NCBI RefSeq assembly: GCF_002945325.1 | Contig: NZ_CP026606.1 | Coordinates: 360,001-392,000, forward strand | DNA: 32,000 nucleotides | Direction: 5' to 3' | DNA from: Methanococcus maripaludis | GTDB lineage: Archaea > AGJL01 > Methanococci > Methanococcales > Methanococcaceae | Part shown: positions 26,661 through 32,000 of the stretch, in pieces | How the letters are laid out: each line of letters opens with the position of its first letter | How positions within the stretch are numbered: position 1 is the first letter of the stretch | Position numbers and translations under genes: made by a program | The notes under the pieces: model-generated | Database searches by the model: none | Told to the model about the DNA's origin: nothing | What the model saw: only the letters and a program-made list of their open reading frames with translations

Positions 26661-27377
26661 ATGGATTTAGACTCTTGGGAAGATTATTATAACCAGATAC
26701 TCGATGATTTTGGATACGGAAGTGCTGAAGACTTAAAAAGTGCAGAAATTCTTAAAGAAATGATCAAAAAATTCAAAAATAATGTAGATTTGAACGAAAT
26801 TTCCAAAAAAATCTTTGGAAAAGAAGTTTACATTTTTGGTGCGGGCCCGTCACTTAAAAAACATGTTTTGAAATTGAAAGAAATTATTGATTCAGATATC
26901 GCAATTATTGCAGCAGATGGTGCTACTAAAGCACTTTTAGAAGAAGATATAGTTCCAGATATTATTGTTTCAGACTTAGACGGCGATATTGATTCGATTT
27001 TAAAAAGCAATGATCTTGGTTCAATCGTTGTAGCTCATGCTCACGGGGACAATATCGATAAACTTGAAAAATACATTGAATTATTAAAAAATATTGTTGG
27101 AAGTACCCAATTTCCAAAAAAATTTGAATTTTTGATAAACTATGGGGGATTTACTGACGGAGATAGGTGCTGTTTTTTAGCCGAAGAATTTGGCGCTAAA
27201 AAAATCATACTCTGCGGAATGGACTTTGGAATATATGTAACGAAATATTCACGTCCAAACATTGAAAAGGACATTGAACTTGCCGATGAAATTAAAGTGA
27301 AAAAACTAAAATATGCGGAAATGTTTGTAAATTGGCTCATCACCAATGGAAAAAGCCCCATTGAGTTCATGCCCTAA
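26661..27377 (+). CDS. mptE: 6-hydroxymethyl-7,8-dihydropterin pyrophosphokinase MptE (DUF115 type)
   Basis: VYIFGAGPSLKKHVLKLKE, IIAADGATKALLEEDIVPDIIVSDLDGD, HAHGDN, GFTDGDRCCFLAEEFGAKKIILCGMDFG. Confidence 0.9.
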   Translation: MDLDSWEDYYNQILDDFGYGSAEDLKSAEILKEMIKKFKNNVDLNEISKKIFGKEVYIFGAGPSLKKHVLKLKEIIDSDIAIIAADGATKALLEEDIVPDIIVSDLDGDIDSILKSNDLGSIVVAHAHGDNIDKLEKYIELLKNIVGSTQFPKKFEFLINYGGFTDGDRCCFLAEEFGAKKIILCGMDFGIYVTKYSRPNIEKDIELADEIKVKKLKYAEMFVNWLITNGKSPIEFMP

Positions 27378-27476
27378 TCTCATTTCTTAGATGTTTTAAA
27401 AAACCATAGTTAAGTTTAAATAATATACATTTCAATACTTCTTCTGATAATTCTATTTATTGCTCGTGGAGATACT

Positions 27477-27767
27477 ATGTCAAATTCTTCGGAAAAAAGA
27501 CTCGAAGAAATTAGAAAACGAATTAACGAAATTGACGAACAGTTAATCGAATTGATTGCTGAAAGAACCAGTTTCGCACCCGAAATTGCTGCACTGAAAA
27601 AGTCACTCGGAACCTGTGTCTTCGATCCTAAAAGAGAAGATGCAATCTGCGAAAAAACACGTTTGATGTGTGAAAAGCACCATATAGAACCCGAAGTGGC
27701 CCTAAAAGTTATGAAAATTCTCATGACATACAATAAAGAAGTTCAAAAAGACAGCATTGAAGGGTAA
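27477..27767 (+). CDS. Chorismate mutase (AroQ class)
   Basis: 96 aa; RLEEIRKRINEIDEQLIELIAERTSFAPEIAALKKSL. Confidence 0.92.
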   Translation: MSNSSEKRLEEIRKRINEIDEQLIELIAERTSFAPEIAALKKSLGTCVFDPKREDAICEKTRLMCEKHHIEPEVALKVMKILMTYNKEVQKDSIEG

Positions 27768-27847
27768 ACTTTAGCTAAATATATAAATCATAATTACAAA
27801 TGTATTATAAAATGAAACAAGATTATCTAAGTTAATAAGGTGATAAC

Positions 27848-28039
27848 TTGGGAAGAATAAGGCAAACATTCATCAAAAGAACCGGTGAAGAACTCATTGA
27901 GAAATTTGCAGACAAGTTCACAAGCGATTTTGAAGAAAACAAAAAAGCTGTTGAAGAAGTTGCAATGATCTCAACAAAACCATTGAGAAACAGAATAGCA
28001 GGTTATGTTACTGCTAAAGTAAAAAAAATGAACGCATAA
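27848..28039 (+). CDS. rps17e: 30S ribosomal protein S17e
   Basis: [20 protein letters not shown]...[20 protein letters not shown]; TTG start after aaggtgata. Confidence 0.95.
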   Translation: MGRIRQTFIKRTGEELIEKFADKFTSDFEENKKAVEEVAMISTKPLRNRIAGYVTAKVKKMNA

Positions 28040-28048
28040 GGTGTAATT

Positions 28049-28918
28049 ATGCAAGGTGTATATCCTGCGATTATTACTCCATTAAAAGAAAATAAAGTAG
28101 ACTATGATGGTTTACGAAACAATATTGACTTTTTAATTGAAAATGGAGTTAGTGGAGTTATTCCTGTTGGAACTACTGGTGAATCACCAACATTAACGCC
28201 ATTAGAGCACGAAAAAGTCGTTGAAAAGGTTGTTGAATTCGTAGACGGTAGAGTTGAAGTAATTGCAGGTACAGGTTCTAATTCAACTTCTGAAGCACTG
28301 GAATTTTCGCAATATGCAGAAGATGTCGGTGTTGATGGAGTTTTGTTGATAACTCCATATTATAACAAACCACCTCAGGAAGGTTTGAAAAGGCATTTTG
28401 GAGAGATTGCAAATTCCATCAATGTGCCAATAGTTCTATACAATGTTCCCTCAAGAACTGCGCTAAACATAGAACCAGAAACAATTAAATATTTATTTAA
28501 CGAATATAGTAATATATCAGCTGTAAAAGAAGCTAATCCAAATTTATCTCAGGTTTCTGAAGTACTGGATTCTTGCGACATTGACATATTATCTGGAAAT
28601 GATGAATTGACTTTACCAATAATTTCCCTTGGTGGAAAAGGTGTTGTCAGCGTTATTGCAAATATCGCACCAAAAGAATTCGTTCAGATGGTTGATTTTG
28701 CAAATGCAGGCAAATTTGATAAGGCAAAAGAAATTCATTACAAATTGTTTCCGCTAATGAAGTTAATGTTTGTTGAGACAAATCCAATACCTATCAAAAC
28801 TGCGATGAATATGCTTGGAATGCCTTCGGGCGAGTTAAGATTGCCACTTTGCGAAATGGCAGAAAGCAATAAATTAAAATTGCAGAATGCTCTTAACAAT
28901 TTAGGCCTCTTAAAATAA
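28049..28918 (+). CDS. dapA: 4-hydroxy-tetrahydrodipicolinate synthase
   Basis: GVYPAIITPLKEN, VPVGTTGESPTLT, PYYNKPPQEG, LYNVPSRT. Confidence 0.97.
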   Translation: MQGVYPAIITPLKENKVDYDGLRNNIDFLIENGVSGVIPVGTTGESPTLTPLEHEKVVEKVVEFVDGRVEVIAGTGSNSTSEALEFSQYAEDVGVDGVLLITPYYNKPPQEGLKRHFGEIANSINVPIVLYNVPSRTALNIEPETIKYLFNEYSNISAVKEANPNLSQVSEVLDSCDIDILSGNDELTLPIISLGGKGVVSVIANIAPKEFVQMVDFANAGKFDKAKEIHYKLFPLMKLMFVETNPIPIKTAMNMLGMPSGELRLPLCEMAESNKLKLQNALNNLGLLK

Positions 28919-28935
28919 TCACGGTTCGTGATACT

Positions 28936-29175
28936 ATGATAGATGTTGAAAAAATTCAAAAACAAGCTGATGAAATCGTTGCTCAACTTTCAGAAGTTTT
29001 GGAAAATTTTGATCTTGAAACTGAAGAAGAGTACCATATTCTCGAAACGAAAAACGTACTCAGAGATGACGATGAAGCTATACTTGATGAATCATTTAAA
29101 ATCGACGCATTAAATGTGGCACCTAAAGTAAAAGACGGTTCAATCGTCGTTGAAAAAAGTAAATGGAGCCATTAA
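28936..29175 (+). CDS. gatC: Asp/Glu-tRNA amidotransferase subunit C-like
   Basis: 79 aa; N-terminal helix, middle ETKNVLRDDDE, C-terminal DALNVAPKVKDGSIVV resembling GatC NAPEKEDGFFVVP. Confidence 0.7.
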   Translation: MIDVEKIQKQADEIVAQLSEVLENFDLETEEEYHILETKNVLRDDDEAILDESFKIDALNVAPKVKDGSIVVEKSKWSH

Positions 29176-29191
29176 TCATTAAAAAATAAAA

Positions 29192-29311
29192 ATGGAGCGT
29201 GAGACTATAAAGAGAAGTTCAAGAAGATGGAAAAAGAAAGGACAGATGAGATGGAAACACTACAAAAAAAGAATTAGAAGAATGAAAAGAGAAAAAAGAG
29301 AAAACAAATAA
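29192..29311 (+). CDS. Small very basic ORF, possible ribosomal protein eL41-like (not in supplied ORF track)
   Basis: Manual translation MERETIKRSSRRWKKKGQMRWKHYKKRIRRMKREKRENK*. Alternative starts: internal ATG 29246, or a non-canonical ATA 29207 after GGAGCGTGAG. Confidence 0.65.
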   Translation: MERETIKRSSRRWKKKGQMRWKHYKKRIRRMKREKRENK

Positions 29312-29717
29312 TTAAGTAATTAATTATTTACCCTTTTTTAAATTTTGAGGTATATGTAGTATTTTTTTTACATCTATTTTTAATTTAAAAATTTAATAAA
29401 TGAGTTTTAATAAAAAAAAGTTTTTTTGGGGAGAATTTCTATTTTTAAATATATAGTTATTCAGGGGAATTTTTCTATAACTATGAATTTAAATTGTATT
29501 TTGTAAAGTGCTTTTCGTTGGTTTAAACTACACTTTCTATCGATCAGGGAATCCCCTTTTCGACATGTTACTCTTCTTTTTGGATCATATTTATCCTTTT
29601 CCCAAAATAAAGGTTAATAAGAGCTATTTATATTCTCAATGGTTATTTTTAAATATTAAAAAAATTATCCGAAACTACTAAGTTCTACATGAAATGAAAA
29701 ATTATTAAAAAAATAAA

Positions 29718-30362
29718 TTATCTGTCAAAACATGCGTTTTCGAGTTCTTTTAAAGTGTTTAAATTTATAAATATGTCACAAGTTTTGTCTATTTTGTCAA
29801 CATCAACATAAAGAGGGTTTAATTCATCTATCAACCGTCTTATTGGAAATGATCTATTTTGTTCAAGCATTTCTTCGACAACCATTCCAAGTACATTTAC
29901 TGAAGAAATATGGTAAAGTGAAAAAAGTGGCTCAATAAATCCGTTTTTATGTTTTGGAACGATACAGTCCTGACCATTTAATTCTGCTTCTTTTATAAAT
30001 GAAAGCAAGTTTATTATTGACTCTTCGGTAATAAACGGCATGTCGCAGGGAACCAAAAAAACCCATTGAGATTTTGTATTCAACATTCCAGAAAGCATTC
30101 CAATTAACGGACCCATTCCAGGCACAAAATCCCAAGTAATAGTCTGATGATATTTTTTATAGTAATAGAGCTGTTTTTCAATTTCTTCTTCGGGTTTTTC
30201 CATAAATCGAGGGTTTTTAAACACCGTAACGAATGGAATTTCCATTTCAATTAACATGTCTGCAATATTTTCTATTAAATATTTGTTACCCGATTTTCTA
30301 AAGGATTTTTCGCCACCCATACGCTCTGCCTTTCCACCGGATAAAATAATTGCTGATATCAT
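29718..30362 (-). CDS. mobA: Molybdenum cofactor guanylyltransferase MobA-like
   Basis: MISAIILSGGKAERMGGEKSFRK, PGMGPLIGMLSGML, FLVPCDMPFI; ATG 30362 rather than track start 30395. Confidence 0.88.
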   Translation of the reverse strand: MISAIILSGGKAERMGGEKSFRKSGNKYLIENIADMLIEMEIPFVTVFKNPRFMEKPEEEIEKQLYYYKKYHQTITWDFVPGMGPLIGMLSGMLNTKSQWVFLVPCDMPFITEESIINLLSFIKEAELNGQDCIVPKHKNGFIEPLFSLYHISSVNVLGMVVEEMLEQNRSFPIRRLIDELNPLYVDVDKIDKTCDIFINLNTLKELENACFDR

Positions 30363-30472
30363 AATTGTCCCAATTTTAATTAGTGATTTTGACAAGATTT
30401 ATATACTCTTTTATTTATACTTGTTGTGATAATCTTTGCGATTGGATGTATTGAAACAAATTTGGTGAAACA

Positions 30473-31159
30473 ATGGAAAAAGGAAAACTCGTAAAAATTT
30501 CATACGAAGGATATGTCGATGAAAACTTGTTTGATACGACAAACGAAGAATTAGCTAAAGAAAAAGGAATTTTCAACCCAAACATGGTTTATGGCCCTGT
30601 TACAATTTCCGCTGGAGAAAAAATGTTAATCCCTGGACTCGACGGCGCTATTATGGAAATGAACGTTGGAGAAGAAAGAGAACTTGATTTAACAGCTGAA
30701 AATGCTTTTGGTAAAAGAGATCCTTCACAAGTAAAAATCGTTCCAATGAAAGAGTTTAAAAAACATAAAGTAAACCCAATCCCAGGAATGCCTGTAAATA
30801 TCGACAACAAAATTGGAAAAGTTGTAAGTGCAAACGGTGGAAGAATATTAGTTGACTTCAACCACGAACTCGCAGGAAAAGACTTGAAATACAAATTAAA
30901 AATAGAAGAAGTTGTAGAAGCTCCTGAAGCTGTTGCTTTAGAAGTTGCAAAATTATTCATCCCAAGAATTTCAGAAGCAGATTTAAAAATAACCATTGAC
31001 GGAGAAAATGTAACATTAGATCTCCCTGAAAACACAGCATTTATGCAAAACCTTCAAATGGTTAAAATGGGAATTTCAAACGAATTGATCAAAAGATTAG
31101 AAGCTAAAAAAGTTTCATTTATTGACAACTTCGTTAAAAAAGCAGAAAAAACAGAATAA
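30473..31159 (+). CDS. FKBP-type peptidyl-prolyl cis-trans isomerase (long SlyD-like archaeal form)
   Basis: GKLVKISYEGYVDENLFDTT, GEKMLIPGLDGAIMEMNVGEERELDLTAENAFGKRD. Confidence 0.93.
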   Translation: MEKGKLVKISYEGYVDENLFDTTNEELAKEKGIFNPNMVYGPVTISAGEKMLIPGLDGAIMEMNVGEERELDLTAENAFGKRDPSQVKIVPMKEFKKHKVNPIPGMPVNIDNKIGKVVSANGGRILVDFNHELAGKDLKYKLKIEEVVEAPEAVALEVAKLFIPRISEADLKITIDGENVTLDLPENTAFMQNLQMVKMGISNELIKRLEAKKVSFIDNFVKKAEKTE

Positions 31160-31291
31160 TTAAAATTAAATAATATCTTCTTTTTTTAAATTATTATCAG
31201 CGTCATTTCAAATAGTAACTTTTTTAAATTACGGTATCCATAGATAATGTAAACGTTGCCCCTTAACCACAATTAAAACTTCGTGATAACC

Positions 31292-32000
31292 ATGGAAGAC
31301 CGATACGGAAGACAGATACGCTCTTTTAGACTTTCAGTAACCCCTAAATGTAATTTAAAATGTTTTTACTGCCATAAAGAAGGTAGAAATGAAGAACACG
31401 GCAAATTAATGAGTGCCGATGAAATTGGAAAAATTGTAAATTCTTCATTAGAATTTGGAGTTAGAAAAATCAAAATTTCTGGTGGAGAACCGCTTTTAAG
31501 AACAGATTTGCCCGAAATTATATCTTATATCAAAAATGAACAGATAAAAGACATTTCATTAACTACAAATGGAATTCTACTTGAAAAATATGCGCAAAAA
31601 TTAAAAGATGCAGGACTTGATAGAGTAAACGTGAGTTTAGATACTCTGGATCCTGAACAGTACAAAAAAATTACTGCTGGCGGAAATATCGAAAGCGTGA
31701 AAAAAGGAATAGAAAAAGCTATTGAAGTAGGTTTAACTCCATTAAAAGTTAATTTTTTAGCGATGGACTGTACGGTAAACCAACTTCCCTCAATTATGGA
31801 TTACTGCAGAAAAGTTGGTGCAATACTCCAAATAATTGAATTTATTCCAATGGAAACTGAATTAAAACACCACCATGTAGATGTTGTTCCAATTGAAGAA
31901 GAATTTGCAAAAAATGCAGATAATGTATTTACAAGAAAGTTCATGCAGAACAGGAAAAAATATGTTATTGATGGATTAGAAGTTGAATTTGTTCGACCAA
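31292..32000 (+). CDS. moaA: GTP 3',8-cyclase MoaA, truncated by window end
   Basis: Manual translation MEDRYGRQIRSFRLSVTPKCNLKCFYCHKEGRNEE...IKISGGEPLLRTDLPE...TTNGILL...VNVSLDTL; open to the window edge. Confidence 0.9.
   Translation, partial: MEDRYGRQIRSFRLSVTPKCNLKCFYCHKEGRNEEHGKLMSADEIGKIVNSSLEFGVRKIKISGGEPLLRTDLPEIISYIKNEQIKDISLTTNGILLEKYAQKLKDAGLDRVNVSLDTLDPEQYKKITAGGNIESVKKGIEKAIEVGLTPLKVNFLAMDCTVNQLPSIMDYCRKVGAILQIIEFIPMETELKHHHVDVVPIEEEFAKNADNVFTRKFMQNRKKYVIDGLEVEFVRP

Noticed and set aside
30589-31035. 148-aa ORF antisense to the FKBP PPIase
   Set aside because: Opposite a clear SlyD-like gene; composition of a shadow frame.
31160-31291. Possible riboswitch-like leader before moaA
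   Set aside because: Only a weak 6-bp ATTATC/GATAAT pairing could be found and there is no known aptamer resemblance; insufficient evidence.
1-32000. CRISPR arrays, transposases, integrases, rRNA or tRNA genes
   Set aside because: No regularly spaced direct repeats, no transposase/integrase motifs and no tRNA T-loop (GTTCRANNC) in a foldable context were noticed by eye. A tRNAscan/minced run would be needed to be certain.

Overview
This is a 32 kb chromosomal window from an AT-rich methanogenic archaeon. Protein sequences and gene order look like Methanococcus maripaludis, an identification made from memory and not by database search. It is densely packed with mostly housekeeping genes: nrpR, rlmE, a KH/Rio1/eIF1A cluster, pyrF, two class III signal-peptide pilin-like proteins, cobK, a phosphoglycerate-mutase-family paralogue, fibrillarin/Nop5, SepSecS, a MinD operon, a glycosyltransferase, a radical SAM protein, dph5, a CPA2 antiporter, an endonuclease III-family glycosylase, a universal stress protein, valS, azlCD, an MBL-fold hydrolase, an activating-enzyme-like radical SAM protein, mptE, chorismate mutase, rps17e, dapA, gatC, a candidate tiny eL41-like ORF, mobA, an FKBP PPIase and partial moaA. 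I saw no mobile element, CRISPR array, rRNA or tRNA. The best signals outside the ORF track are two intergenic box C/D guide sRNA candidates at 17147-17220 and 20938-21006. Both have C, D', C' and D boxes plus a terminal stem. The first has a hairpin in its D'-C' spacer, and one guide could aim at the tRNA-Met anticodon wobble C. Other leads are a radical SAM protein with a CX7CX2C motif, a metal-site-degenerate phosphoglycerate mutase homologue, a MagIII-like glycosylase without a normal Fe-S loop, a missed 39-codon basic ORF, a structured-looking ~390 bp gap, and recurrent tail-to-tail gene pairs with 4-5 bp gaps. I found no convincing new multi-gene defence or metabolic system.
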